From an uncultured virus (IMG/VR IMGVR_UViG_3300022752_000039) (taxonomy: Duplodnaviria > Heunggongvirae > Uroviricota > Caudoviricetes): a DNA stretch of 30,844 nt. The translations under genes and the position numbers were made by a program. Below the pieces are notes generated by a model that saw nothing but the letters and a program-made list of their open reading frames with translations, made no database searches and had not been told where the DNA came from. Positions 1 to 9,234 of the stretch are shown piece by piece. Location of the stretch: IMG/VR virus record IMGVR_UViG_3300022752_000039; one strand, given 5' to 3'. Numbering within the stretch: position 1 is the stretch's first letter; every line of letters begins with the position of its first letter.

Positions 1-2
1 AT

Positions 3-191
3 AATGATGGTGCTGGACAGAAGGCATCAGAAGAGATGCGTGGTCATGCTCGTAAGTATGGAATTGAACTTTCTTACTTTAACTACACAGGCATTGATGT
101 AAAAGATGTAGGTGACATGATTGAGAGCGACATACATAAGAGCATCGAGTCAGCACGAGACATGATCTACGGTAAAGCGGCATACCTATGA
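3..191 (+). CDS. DNA primase, C-terminal end of Toprim domain (partial, runs off the window)
   Basis: Manual translation from position 3: NDGAGQKASEEMR...KDVGDM...YL*. This matches the Toprim (D)NDxAG...KD pattern and lies upstream of the helicase. Confidence 0.75.
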   Translation, partial: NDGAGQKASEEMRGHARKYGIELSYFNYTGIDVKDVGDMIESDIHKSIESARDMIYGKAAYL

Positions 192-361
192 TGGACTTAA
201 GAGATAAAGATCGCCCCCTACATGTTTGTATCTGCGGATCAAGACTATGGAAAGTACAAGCAATGTTTGAGGACGGAGAGATTTCTCTGTACATGCTAGA
301 TATGGAGTGCGCCCTATGTGGAACTCTAGCAACTGCGCCAACTGCAATAGATAACCAATGA
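188..361 (+). CDS. small Zn-binding hypothetical protein (57 aa)
   Basis: Manual translation MMDLRDKDRPLHVCICGSRLW...MECALCGTLATAPTAIDNQ (CxCG and CxxCG). ATGA overlaps with both neighbours. Absent from the ORF track. Confidence 0.75.
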   Translation: MMDLRDKDRPLHVCICGSRLWKVQAMFEDGEISLYMLDMECALCGTLATAPTAIDNQ

Positions 362-1914
362 CATTTACAGGAACTCTCAAGCCCTACCAGGTAGAGGCTG
401 TAGATCGCATGGTAGAGCGCAAGAAGATGCTTGTAGCCTACGAGATGGGTCTAGGTAAGACCTGCATGACTATCGCATCGGTTGAGAAGTTAAAAGACAA
501 CGGTTTAATTACAAGGCCAGTATTAGTCATCGCCCTCTCAAGTCTGAAGTATCAGTGGCAGAAAGAGATACAGAAGTTCTCTGACTCCACCACCACGGTG
601 ATCGATGGCTCTAAGACAGTACGTACAAAACGTTGGGAAGAACGTACAGATTACGTCATCTGCAACTACGAGACTGTTGTAGGAGATTGGGATCTAATCA
701 AGGATCAGGAGTGGGGAGCCATTGTCTGTGATGAAGCCACAGCAATCAAAGGATTTAAATCAAAAAGATCAAAGGCTGTCAAGAAACTATCTGCAAGTGT
801 ACCAATTAGGTTTGCATTAACAGGAACACCTATTGAGAATGGCAGACCAGAAGAGGTCTACAGCATAATGCAGTTTGTAGACTCAACTCTCCTAGGTCGA
901 TTTGATTTGTTTGATCAGACGTTTATTGTTCGCAATCACTTCGGTGGAGTACAACGCTATCGCAACCTACAGTTGTTTCACGATAAGATGAAGAGTTCCT
1001 CCGTTCGAAAGGTTCAGACAGATGCAGACGTTGCTCCATATCTTCCAGACACTATTCATCGTGACCCTATGTTTATTGCCTTTGATAAGAAGAGTTCGTC
1101 GCTTTATAACTTCATTGCAGATGAATTAAGCAACGAACTCTTTGAAGCACAGCAGTTGCTAGGTGCTAACTTCTCTCTGATGGCCCACTATGGACATGAC
1201 AGCAAACCTGGAAGTCCTGTAGATCAGTTGCGTGGATCAATCATGTCTAAGATTACTGCTCTTCGTATGCTGTGTGATGATCCAAACCTTTTGCATAAGA
1301 GCGCAGATAAATTTGATGAGCATCTTGGAGAAGGAAGTGCGTATGTAAACAGTTTAAAGACAAGAGACTTACTAGATGGGGTAACAAAGACCCCAAAGTT
1401 AGATGCACTAAAGACTTATGTAAACGATCATCTAGACACCGATCCAGAGGCAAAGGTAGTTATCTTTACTTCTTGGGTAGGAATGTTAGAAAGTATTCAA
1501 GAAGCAGTGGGTGGCACTCTGTATACGGGTTACATGAACGCTAAGGAGAAGGAAGCAAGCAAGACCAAGTTCCTAACAGACCCAGAGTGCCGTGTGTTTA
1601 TATCTTCCGATGCTGGTGGCTATGGTGTAGATTTGCCCATCGCTAACCTACTGGTCAATTACGATCTGCCATGGAGTGCAGGACTTGCCGTCCAACGCAA
1701 TGGTCGAATCAAGAGAGCCTCTAGTCGTTGGCCTAGTATTACTATTCAAGACATGTTGATTGCCGATTCGATAGAAGAACGACAACATGATATGCTCCAG
1801 CAGAAGAACGCAGTAGCAGATGCGGTTATCGATGGTCAGGGCATTAACGCAAAAGGCGGCGTCGACCTCACCGTTGGAAGTTTGATAGGGTTCCTACAGA
1901 AAGCAAGACCATAG
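358..1914 (+). CDS. SNF2/SF2 helicase
   Basis: Motif I YEMGLGKT, motif II CDEA, motif III ALTGTPIEN, motif V AGGYGVDL, motif VI QRNGRIKR. Confidence 0.93.
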   Translation: MTFTGTLKPYQVEAVDRMVERKKMLVAYEMGLGKTCMTIASVEKLKDNGLITRPVLVIALSSLKYQWQKEIQKFSDSTTTVIDGSKTVRTKRWEERTDYVICNYETVVGDWDLIKDQEWGAIVCDEATAIKGFKSKRSKAVKKLSASVPIRFALTGTPIENGRPEEVYSIMQFVDSTLLGRFDLFDQTFIVRNHFGGVQRYRNLQLFHDKMKSSSVRKVQTDADVAPYLPDTIHRDPMFIAFDKKSSSLYNFIADELSNELFEAQQLLGANFSLMAHYGHDSKPGSPVDQLRGSIMSKITALRMLCDDPNLLHKSADKFDEHLGEGSAYVNSLKTRDLLDGVTKTPKLDALKTYVNDHLDTDPEAKVVIFTSWVGMLESIQEAVGGTLYTGYMNAKEKEASKTKFLTDPECRVFISSDAGGYGVDLPIANLLVNYDLPWSAGLAVQRNGRIKRASSRWPSITIQDMLIADSIEERQHDMLQQKNAVADAVIDGQGINAKGGVDLTVGSLIGFLQKARP

Positions 1915-1922
1915 GGGGAAAC

Positions 1923-2357
1923 ATGGCAAGAGTAAAAGCAACAGAAACAAGAGAAGAAGATCCACTGATTAAAGATGCAAGAGAATACTCCTTCTTAAAA
2001 CAACAGATTGATTTTCTTGAGAAGCAACAGAAGGAAGTACGTGAGCGTTTATTTACCCAGTTAGATGAACTGGGTGAAGTAGACGACAAGGGAAATGTCA
2101 TTATTGAATTACCTGAAGAGGTAAATGGATTTGGTGCTGTCGTAAAGCAGCGTCGTGTATCACGTAAGATCGATGAACTTGTTGCAGATGAAATCATTAC
2201 TGAAAAAGGAATGGAAGAGCAACTGTACAAGACCATCCGTGTTGTAGATGAAGATGCGTTAATGGCTGCTCTTTACAACGATGAACTTACAGAAGCAGAG
2301 ATCGATCTAATGTATCCACAGAAAATTGTGTGGGCGTTAGTAATGAATAAGCGATAA
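1923..2357 (+). CDS. hypothetical protein with N-terminal coiled coil (loosely Gam/Gp157-like)
   Basis: GGGGGA RBS; 144-aa ORF inside the replication operon. The family resemblance is weak. Confidence 0.7.
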   Translation: MARVKATETREEDPLIKDAREYSFLKQQIDFLEKQQKEVRERLFTQLDELGEVDDKGNVIIELPEEVNGFGAVVKQRRVSRKIDELVADEIITEKGMEEQLYKTIRVVDEDALMAALYNDELTEAEIDLMYPQKIVWALVMNKR

Positions 2358-2360
2358 CGC

Positions 2361-2837
2361 ATGGCAGGACTACGAGGACAAGATGAGATAGAGGCAGCAT
2401 TTGCTGACCTTGAATACGTTCCTGGCTCAAAGAAGAAACGCCGTGACCTAGATCCAAAAGTTTCTCGTCGTAAAAGCGGTGAGAGTAATGGTTGGGATGC
2501 AAACCCAGTCATTAAAACATTAGGTGGAGTAGAGACAGAGGTGTTCACAATCGGTGCGTTAGCACTTGCATTGGAGAAGACGATTGTCACTATTCGCTTA
2601 TGGGAACGCAAGGGATACATTCCTCGTGCTCCATACCGTCTTCGGTCTAAGACACTAAAAGGTGAGAAGACTGGAGGCAACCGAGTTTATACTCGTGCAC
2701 TCATAGAATCTTCGATTGAGGAATTCAATCGTAGAGGATTACTAGGTTCTGCTCGTGTAGAGTGGAGCCAACACGAAGACCTAACAGATGCTTTAGTAAA
2801 GCGCTGGAAGGAAATCACATCCACCGAGAGCCGCTAG
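2361..2837 (+). CDS. MerR-like helix-turn-helix DNA-binding protein
   Basis: FTIGALALALEKTIVTIRLWERKGYIP...GNRVYT matches the MerR winged-HTH pattern. Confidence 0.8.
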   Translation: MAGLRGQDEIEAAFADLEYVPGSKKKRRDLDPKVSRRKSGESNGWDANPVIKTLGGVETEVFTIGALALALEKTIVTIRLWERKGYIPRAPYRLRSKTLKGEKTGGNRVYTRALIESSIEEFNRRGLLGSARVEWSQHEDLTDALVKRWKEITSTESR

Positions 2838-2860
2838 GCCTCATTACCAGAAAGAAACAA

Positions 2861-3508
2861 ATGCCCATTACAAAGCCACAGGTAGATGCAGATGCATACC
2901 TCGACGAGGACAGCGAAACTGCAACACCAAAAGTAGGAACAACCGTACAAGAAGGATGGGATGCAATCGATGCTCTCGTCTCAAAGTCAGAGGGAGACTT
3001 CCCAACTGACTTCCGTTTCTCCGAAGAACCACAACTTGTGAAGTTCCTCGAAGATCGACCATTTGCTTCATACGAACAACACTGGATTGAACGCCCTAAG
3101 GGTAAGAAGTCCTTTGTTTGCTTGGGAGATAACTGCCCACTATGCGATGTACTAGGTGATAAGCCTCGTGGAAAGTTCGCATTCAATGTCCTTGTTCTCA
3201 GTGGTGAGACACAAGGCGTTCAAATTCTTACAGCACCACCATCACTTGCTCGCCAGATTAAGAAGGCACATGATGATGAGCGCAAAGGACCTCTTGATAA
3301 AGAGTTCTGGGAAATTTCTCGACTAGGTATGGGCCCAACTACGCAGTATACCCTCAACTTCGTTCGTGGCCGAGATCTAGCAGAGGAATGGAAGTTAAGC
3401 AGTGACGCTGTTAATGAACTTGTAGCAGCCGCTGTTCCGTTCACAGCAGAAGTAATTAGGGAGACCCCTCGCTCCGAAATGCTTGAGGTTGCTCGCTCTG
3501 TAGCGTAA
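2861..3508 (+). CDS. single-stranded DNA-binding protein (gp32-like, Zn-binding)
   Basis: QHWI...SFVCLGDNCPLCD, KFAFNV and GMGPTTQY resemble phage gp32-type SSBs. Start moved to ATG 2861 after the upstream stop. Confidence 0.72.
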   Translation: MPITKPQVDADAYLDEDSETATPKVGTTVQEGWDAIDALVSKSEGDFPTDFRFSEEPQLVKFLEDRPFASYEQHWIERPKGKKSFVCLGDNCPLCDVLGDKPRGKFAFNVLVLSGETQGVQILTAPPSLARQIKKAHDDERKGPLDKEFWEISRLGMGPTTQYTLNFVRGRDLAEEWKLSSDAVNELVAAAVPFTAEVIRETPRSEMLEVARSVA

Positions 3509-3520
3509 CTGTTCTTCCAA

Positions 3521-3560
3521 GAGAAGGGGTCTGTTTATTTCCGTTTTCAGGCCCCTTCTC
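3521..3560 (+). terminator. GC-rich hairpin between SSB and polymerase (terminator or processing stem)
   Basis: GAGAAGGGGTCTG pairs with CAGGCCCCTTCTC (13 bp, one G-U) around a 14-nt loop. No clear U-tract. Confidence 0.55.
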
Positions 3561-3580
3561 ACTATAAAGATTGAGGGATC

Positions 3581-5584
3581 ATGAATATCATTACAACAAA
3601 AGAACAACTAAAGGACCTTGTTGAGTTCTACTCCAAGGTAGATGCTTTCGCCTTCGATGTGGAAACAGTTGGAGAAAATAGAATCCAACCTGTAGTCAAC
3701 GATGTGATGTGGATTTCCTTAGCAACAGATGGTCGCACTGATGTTATACCGATGGGTCATCCTAATGGTGAGTTCCTTCGATGGGATAAAGAGTTACTAC
3801 TTAGTGGTCAACGCAAACTTGCTGCAGGTAAAGAGTTAAAAGATGCAGACTACTCAAAGAACGAAGCCAAGTGGACTCCAGTATTTGATGCACCACCAGC
3901 ACAACTTCTTCCAGGAGATGTATTTAAAGCCTTAAAGCCTTTGTTCTTTAGTGACAAGTTAAAGATTGGTCACAACGTTAAGTTTGATTTAAAATCAATT
4001 GCAAAGTATTTCCGTGGAGAAGTTCCTAAGAAGCCATTCTTTGACACGATGATGGCTTCATTCATTATCGATAACAGAAACAAGAACATGTTAGGACTTG
4101 CTGCCTGTGCAGAGCGAACACTGAAGATCAAAGTGGAAAAAGGTATTGGAGCAATGGTTGAGGTTCACTCCTTCAGCGATGTTGCTTACTACTCAGGGTT
4201 TGACTCAGAGGTAACGTGGAAGTTGTACAAGGCCTTAGAACCTAAGTTAGAAGGAAGCCTTAAGCGTGTATGGGCACTAGAGATGGATGTAGTTGCAGCC
4301 TTATGCGACATGGAACTATCAGGGGCCAACATCGACGTTAAAGAACTTACCTTGTTGAAGGCACGTCTTGAGAAGGACATCGATCTTGCACGAGCAAAGG
4401 CGTGGAAGTTAACAGGCAAACCATTCTCCATGAACTCCGTTAAAGAGAAGCAAGAGTTACTGTTCTCACCTAAAGAAGAGGGTGGTCGAGGTATTCGTCC
4501 TAACCTTCGTATCCGTATTGCACTCACTACAAAAGGTCAAGAGGTTGCTGCAAGTAACCCAGAGGCATTGAACATCCGTCACTACTCAGTGTCTTCTGAT
4601 GCATTGGAGTTTTACCGCAAGAAAGATGAACTTGTAGATGCAATTCTTGAGTATCAAGACCTTAATAAATTGATGACCACCTATGTAATGCCATACCTAG
4701 GTGGGGAGATTACTCGTACCACTATGGGCAAAGAGAAGATTGTTGACAAGAAGAGCCTCATGATTAACGGCAAGGTACATACGAACTTTAAAGCGCATGG
4801 AGCAGAGACAGGACGTTTCTCCAGTAGTGATCCTAATCTACAGAACATCCCTAGTAGTGGAGAGTACGGAAAACTTATTCGTAACTTGTTCATTGCACCA
4901 CCTGGGTACAAGTTAGTTGTTGCAGATTATTCACAGATTGAACCACGCATCATTGCAGCCTTCTCAGGTGATCCAATTATGGTAGAGAACTACAGAACTG
5001 GTGGAGATATCTACACAACTATTGGTGACACCATGAAGGTAGATCGTAAGGCTGGAAAGGTATTGGTTCTATCGATTGCTTACGGCGTTGGACCAGAGAA
5101 GATTGCACAGAGCATCGGTTGTTCTGTAACAGATGCTAAAGATTTGTTAGCGCGATTTGAGGCGCAGTTTCATGACATTTCTAAGTACAAAGCAAAAGTA
5201 ATTCGACAGGCAACTGGGAAGGCCCCTATACCATATGTGGAAACCATCTTTGGCCGTCGTCGTTATATCCCAGAGTTAAAGAGTCAAGACAGAGGACTAA
5301 AGTCACGAGCAGATCGTCAGGCATTTAATACAGTAATTCAAGGATCTGCTGCAGATTTAATGAAATTAGCCATTGTTAGAGCACATTCTTGTTTTACTGA
5401 TGAACCAGATGTGAATGTCGTGTTGACTATCCACGATGAATTAGTTACCGTTGCTCGTGAAGATCTAGCAGAAGAGACGGCAGAAGCAATCCGTGTGTCG
5501 ATGGAAGGTATTCACCTACCAGAGATTACAGTTCCTCTTATTGCTGATGTAAAAATTGTAAACAAGTGGGGAGAAGCAAAGTGA
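3581..5584 (+). CDS. polA: DNA polymerase family A (3'-5' exonuclease plus polymerase, no 5'-3' exonuclease)
   Basis: ExoI FDVET, ExoII HNVKFD, ExoIII YSGFD, TGRFSSSDPNLQNIP, motif A ADYSQIEPR, motif B RKAGKVLVLSIAYG, motif C IHDEL. Confidence 0.96.
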   Translation: MNIITTKEQLKDLVEFYSKVDAFAFDVETVGENRIQPVVNDVMWISLATDGRTDVIPMGHPNGEFLRWDKELLLSGQRKLAAGKELKDADYSKNEAKWTPVFDAPPAQLLPGDVFKALKPLFFSDKLKIGHNVKFDLKSIAKYFRGEVPKKPFFDTMMASFIIDNRNKNMLGLAACAERTLKIKVEKGIGAMVEVHSFSDVAYYSGFDSEVTWKLYKALEPKLEGSLKRVWALEMDVVAALCDMELSGANIDVKELTLLKARLEKDIDLARAKAWKLTGKPFSMNSVKEKQELLFSPKEEGGRGIRPNLRIRIALTTKGQEVAASNPEALNIRHYSVSSDALEFYRKKDELVDAILEYQDLNKLMTTYVMPYLGGEITRTTMGKEKIVDKKSLMINGKVHTNFKAHGAETGRFSSSDPNLQNIPSSGEYGKLIRNLFIAPPGYKLVVADYSQIEPRIIAAFSGDPIMVENYRTGGDIYTTIGDTMKVDRKAGKVLVLSIAYGVGPEKIAQSIGCSVTDAKDLLARFEAQFHDISKYKAKVIRQATGKAPIPYVETIFGRRRYIPELKSQDRGLKSRADRQAFNTVIQGSAADLMKLAIVRAHSCFTDEPDVNVVLTIHDELVTVAREDLAEETAEAIRVSMEGIHLPEITVPLIADVKIVNKWGEAK

Positions 5585-5979
5585 GTAATGCAGACTGGTG
5601 GGCAAAGCAGTTAGGTGCACAACCACAGGCGCCACAACAACAAGTCCCTGTAGCAGCACCTCGTCCTGTAAATAATCCAATGCCACCCTCGCAACAACCG
5701 ATGACTCAGTTTCAACCTGTGCAACCACAACAACCTGCATCACGAGCACAGAGTGCATCACAGACAGCATCATGCCCAGAGTGTGGTGGAACTAACTACA
5801 TGTCTGTTCAAAATGCTGCACCACGCTGCTATGACTGTGGTTACCCAATCAGTCAATCAGGAAGTCGTTACGGATCATTAACTGGAGCAAAAGTTGAAGG
5901 TAGTGCAAAAAGTGCTATTGGTAATGATGTGCAAAGCAACTGGAACCCGCAAGGGATTATTGGGAGAATTGACGGATGA
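5581..5979 (+). CDS. hypothetical protein: Pro/Gln-rich linker plus C4 Zn ribbon
   Basis: GTGA overlap with the polA stop; CPECGG...CYDCGY; overlaps the recA start. Confidence 0.75.
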   Translation: MSNADWWAKQLGAQPQAPQQQVPVAAPRPVNNPMPPSQQPMTQFQPVQPQQPASRAQSASQTASCPECGGTNYMSVQNAAPRCYDCGYPISQSGSRYGSLTGAKVEGSAKSAIGNDVQSNWNPQGIIGRIDG

Positions 5980-7022
5980 ATGATGAAGCACGAAAGATTG
6001 TTGCAACCCTTAACAAAAAGTTTGGCAATAATGTGGTGGTTATTGCGTCTGATATTCGGTCTGATCTTATTCCTCGTATTACAAGTGGGTCTACTACTCT
6101 TGACTATGTTCTTGGTGGTGGTTTCCCAGGTAACCAGTGGAATGAACTTATTGGTGAACCGTCTCACGGTAAGACGGCAGTTGCGCTCAAAACAATCGCA
6201 GCAAACCAAGCACTAAAAGAAGACCACACAACAGTCTGGGTTGCTGCAGAACAATGGGTTCCAGAGTACGCAGAGATGTGTGGAGTAGACACCAGCAAAG
6301 TAATTGTTATTGAGACAAACATTATGGAAGAGGCTTACCAAGCCGTCATAGAGTTCGCAGAATCAAAGTCGGTAGATGCCATTGTTATTGACTCCCTTCC
6401 TGCCCTTTCACCAGCACCCGAAATGGAAAAGGACATGAATGAAATGACTGTTGGAAGAGGAGCACTCTTAACTAACAAGTTCTTTCGTGTAGTTGGTTCT
6501 GCAATCAAGCGCAGTCTGGTTGAGGATGAACGTTCAGTGCTCGGTCTCATAATCAACCAGTACCGCATGAAAATCGGTGTAATGCATGGAGATCCTCGTA
6601 CCACTCCTGGTGGAGAAGGAAAAAATTACGCATTCTTTACTCGTTGCGAGATTCGCAGAGATGAGTGGATTGAAGTTGGACCTAGCGGTAATAAGAATCG
6701 TGTAGGTCAACGCATCAAGGTTCGCACATTAAAAAACAAGACTGCACCACCACAGCGTGTTGCATACTTTGATTTCTATTTTGCTGATGGCGGAGATTGC
6801 CCAGCAGGTGAATATGACTTTGCAAAAGAAGTTGCATCTCTTGCAGTAGTCAAGGAGATTATCCAACGAAAGGGCGGATGGTATTACTTCGGCGAAAGAA
6901 AGTGGCAAGGTATTGATCCAGTAATTGCAAGTATTCGTGAAGAAGTGGATCTAAAAGAACAGATTCAAAAGTTAGTGTTTGAAACATCAGATCTACCAAT
7001 GGCGGAGGACAGCGATGACTAA
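5976..7022 (+). CDS. recA: RecA/UvsX recombinase
   Basis: TSGSTTLDYVLGGG, Walker A GEPSHGKT, Walker B IVIDS, INQYRMKIGVMHGDPRTTPGG, KNKTAPP. Confidence 0.95.
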   Translation: MNDEARKIVATLNKKFGNNVVVIASDIRSDLIPRITSGSTTLDYVLGGGFPGNQWNELIGEPSHGKTAVALKTIAANQALKEDHTTVWVAAEQWVPEYAEMCGVDTSKVIVIETNIMEEAYQAVIEFAESKSVDAIVIDSLPALSPAPEMEKDMNEMTVGRGALLTNKFFRVVGSAIKRSLVEDERSVLGLIINQYRMKIGVMHGDPRTTPGGEGKNYAFFTRCEIRRDEWIEVGPSGNKNRVGQRIKVRTLKNKTAPPQRVAYFDFYFADGGDCPAGEYDFAKEVASLAVVKEIIQRKGGWYYFGERKWQGIDPVIASIREEVDLKEQIQKLVFETSDLPMAEDSDD

Positions 7023-7257
7023 GAAGTTTGTAGTTAATGACGAAGAGTGGGCACAGGTACTAGAGAAGGGCGTAGAGGATTACACCGACATGCTCTTTGA
7101 AGCGGTCTGGGATGGTACTGAGGATGTAATTCCTGAGACTCTTTCGGGAGAACCGTTCTGTGGTTGCGGTGCCTGCTTCTGGAGAGAAGCATTGTTTTTC
7201 CTTGTACCACGATTGATCGAAGGTTATGAGGAAGGCAAAATAGAACTTGAAGACTGA
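7015..7257 (+). CDS. hypothetical acidic protein with CGCxxC motif
   Basis: GGAGG RBS at 7004-7008 before ATG 7015; SGEPFCGCGACFWRE. Confidence 0.7.
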   Translation: MTKKFVVNDEEWAQVLEKGVEDYTDMLFEAVWDGTEDVIPETLSGEPFCGCGACFWREALFFLVPRLIEGYEEGKIELED

Positions 7258-7573
7258 AGGTCAGAAGCAATCCCAGAAGCATGAGAAGAGACTCGCTAAG
7301 AAAGTTGGTGGGTCTACTAACGCTGCGTCTGGAGCCTTCTGGTCTCGCAAAGGTGATGTACGTTCAACTGATCTATTGATTGAACACAAGTGGACAGGCA
7401 AGAAAACTAAAACCATTAAATCAGACGAATTAAAGAAGATAACTACTGAAGCAATCCTTGATGGAAGAATGCCAGTGTTTGGCCTTCATCTTGATGGAGT
7501 GAACTACGTGATACTTCTTGAAGACGACTTCCTAGAAATGAGAGAGACCCTAGACAACCATGGAAGACTTTGA
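7247..7573 (+). CDS. PD-(D/E)xK nuclease, Hjc-type Holliday junction resolvase-like
   Basis: HEKRLAK...SGA...KGDV...LIEHK catalytic E...D...ExK pattern in a 108-aa protein. Confidence 0.75.
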   Translation: MKTEGQKQSQKHEKRLAKKVGGSTNAASGAFWSRKGDVRSTDLLIEHKWTGKKTKTIKSDELKKITTEAILDGRMPVFGLHLDGVNYVILLEDDFLEMRETLDNHGRL

Positions 7574-7901
7574 TGAACCAGAGTACGCATGGAGATACCA
7601 AGCAAGATGCTCAGGTCAAGACACAGATATCTTCTACCCTCCTCGTGACAAGGAGCAGTACAAAGAAATTGCTAACAGGGCAAAAGCATTCTGTTTTGGT
7701 GAAACAGGAAAGAACCCTTGTCCAGTACGAGCAGAGTGTCTATGGGATGCAGTTCGACGAGACGAGCCTCATGGTATCTGGGGAGGACTCAGCCACCGAG
7801 AACGAAACGCCCTCATGCGAAAGTGGCAAAAACTTAAGAAGACTAAGAAGACAACACAGACCCTAGAAGAATTTATTTTCAGCATAGACAAGGACTACTA
7901 A
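7560..7901 (+). CDS. whiB: WhiB-family Fe-S transcription factor
   Basis: ARC...DIFYP...AKAFC...CPVRAECL...HGIWGGLSHRER (four Cys plus GxWGG turn). Confidence 0.93.
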   Translation: MEDFDEPEYAWRYQARCSGQDTDIFYPPRDKEQYKEIANRAKAFCFGETGKNPCPVRAECLWDAVRRDEPHGIWGGLSHRERNALMRKWQKLKKTKKTTQTLEEFIFSIDKDY

Positions 7902-8746
7902 TGCCTTCCAAAACAGATTTCCAGAAGTATCTAGATACTAAGAAGACAGATACTCGTCTTACTGGTCACATCGAACGTCACCTCATTAAAAAGGCACCAG
8001 GAGATCGAAGCACCACAGTGCTTCACCCTTCTGAAATGATCAAGGCTGACTTCTGTCATCGTTACTCGTACTACCTACTTACTGGCGGTAAGAAGATGGA
8101 GAAGAATCCAGGACTGACACTGCAGAATATCTTTGATGAAGGTCACTTCATCCATGAGAAGTGGCAGAACCGCGTCTATGAGATGGGAAATCTCTGGGGA
8201 GATTTTAAGTGTGTTAACTGTAAGAAGATTACCTCTGGGTTGTCACCTGCAGAGTGTCAGCATTGCAAGTGCGCCACACTACGATACGACGAAGTCAAGA
8301 TGCTTGATCCAGAGTTACGTATTGCAGGACATACTGATGGATGGGTCAAAGGTCTGGGTGATGATTTCCTTATCGAGATCAAGTCTATTGGTGAAGGAAC
8401 ATTGCGCTTTGAAGCACCTGATCTTCTCTACGATGCAGATGGCGATTTGAACAAGGCATGGAAAAACATTCGTCGCCCATTTAGAAATCACCTCTTGCAG
8501 GGACAGATGTATCTGGAGTTGTCTCGTCGTATGTTTGGCGACAAAGCACCTAAAGAAATTGTGTTCTTGTATGAATTGAAATCAAATCAAGCGTACAAAG
8601 AGTTCACAATCAAGGCTGACTACGAAGTTGTAGATAGGATCTTCTTCAAAGCAGAGAAGATTATTAAGGCAGTTGAGGCTGGAGTAATGCCTCTATGTAA
8701 CGTAAGCGAGGACGGTTGCAAACAGTGCAACCAGATTGAGGAATAA
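7901..8746 (+). CDS. Cas4-like PD-(D/E)xK exonuclease with Zn-ribbon insertion
   Basis: HPSE...CHR, GHFIHEKWQ, GHTDG...IEIKS, QGQMY, C-terminal C..CKQC; internal CVNC/CQHC pair. Confidence 0.82.
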   Translation: MPSKTDFQKYLDTKKTDTRLTGHIERHLIKKAPGDRSTTVLHPSEMIKADFCHRYSYYLLTGGKKMEKNPGLTLQNIFDEGHFIHEKWQNRVYEMGNLWGDFKCVNCKKITSGLSPAECQHCKCATLRYDEVKMLDPELRIAGHTDGWVKGLGDDFLIEIKSIGEGTLRFEAPDLLYDADGDLNKAWKNIRRPFRNHLLQGQMYLELSRRMFGDKAPKEIVFLYELKSNQAYKEFTIKADYEVVDRIFFKAEKIIKAVEAGVMPLCNVSEDGCKQCNQIEE

Positions 8747-9234
8747 TGTTAAACCTAGGTGATGGATCAAAGCAGGCTGTTGAAAAGATGAAGGCGCAGA
8801 ACATCAACCTGTGGCCTGAGCAGGACAAGCAGCCACCCATGCCCAAGGACATCTCCCTCTTGGAGAGCGATGAACTCAGCGCCTTGTTTACACGCCTGAC
8901 AGCCTGGTCTAACTTTGTAGCGGGACAGTTAGCCGCATCACAGGTAGACGAGAAGGTGCTGGAAAAACGCCGAGACATGCTTGAGGCAAAGTTGCTGATT
9001 ATGAAAGACACCAGTAAGGTTAAGGGTGAACGGGTGACCATGATGAAGGCTCAGGTTCTGGCTGATCCAGATTTCATAGACGTTGAGGAACGTTATATGA
9101 ATGCCTATGCTTACCGCAAGATGTTAGAGGTTGTGTACAACAACTTTGAGCGTGATGTGGCGCTGGTATCTAGAGAAATCACTCGTCGAACTAATGACGT
9201 ACGAACGGGACGAAAGGATAAGTTCAACACATGA
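8746..9234 (+). CDS. helical protein, possible UvsY-like recombination mediator
   Basis: Long helices around MKAQVLADPDF, reminiscent of the T4 UvsY 'VLSADKD' segment; located in the recA operon. Confidence 0.45.
   Translation: MLNLGDGSKQAVEKMKAQNINLWPEQDKQPPMPKDISLLESDELSALFTRLTAWSNFVAGQLAASQVDEKVLEKRRDMLEAKLLIMKDTSKVKGERVTMMKAQVLADPDFIDVEERYMNAYAYRKMLEVVYNNFERDVALVSREITRRTNDVRTGRKDKFNT

Noticed and set aside
2762..2860. Extended N-terminus of the SSB; likewise the longer starts at 5566, 6979, 10081, 10988, 13716, 14498, 14922, 15787 and 30807
   Set aside because: The longer starts overlap upstream genes or lack an SD. Downstream starts have an RBS or stop-start coupling.
3581..7022. Inteins or introns in polA and recA (nrdJ also checked)
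   Set aside because: Protein lengths are normal, core motifs are contiguous, and there are no intein C...HN ends. The insertions in polA are short.
7901..8746. Cas4-like gene as evidence for a CRISPR-Cas system
   Set aside because: No repeat-spacer array or other cas genes are visible. Solo Cas4-like exonucleases are common in phage replication modules.
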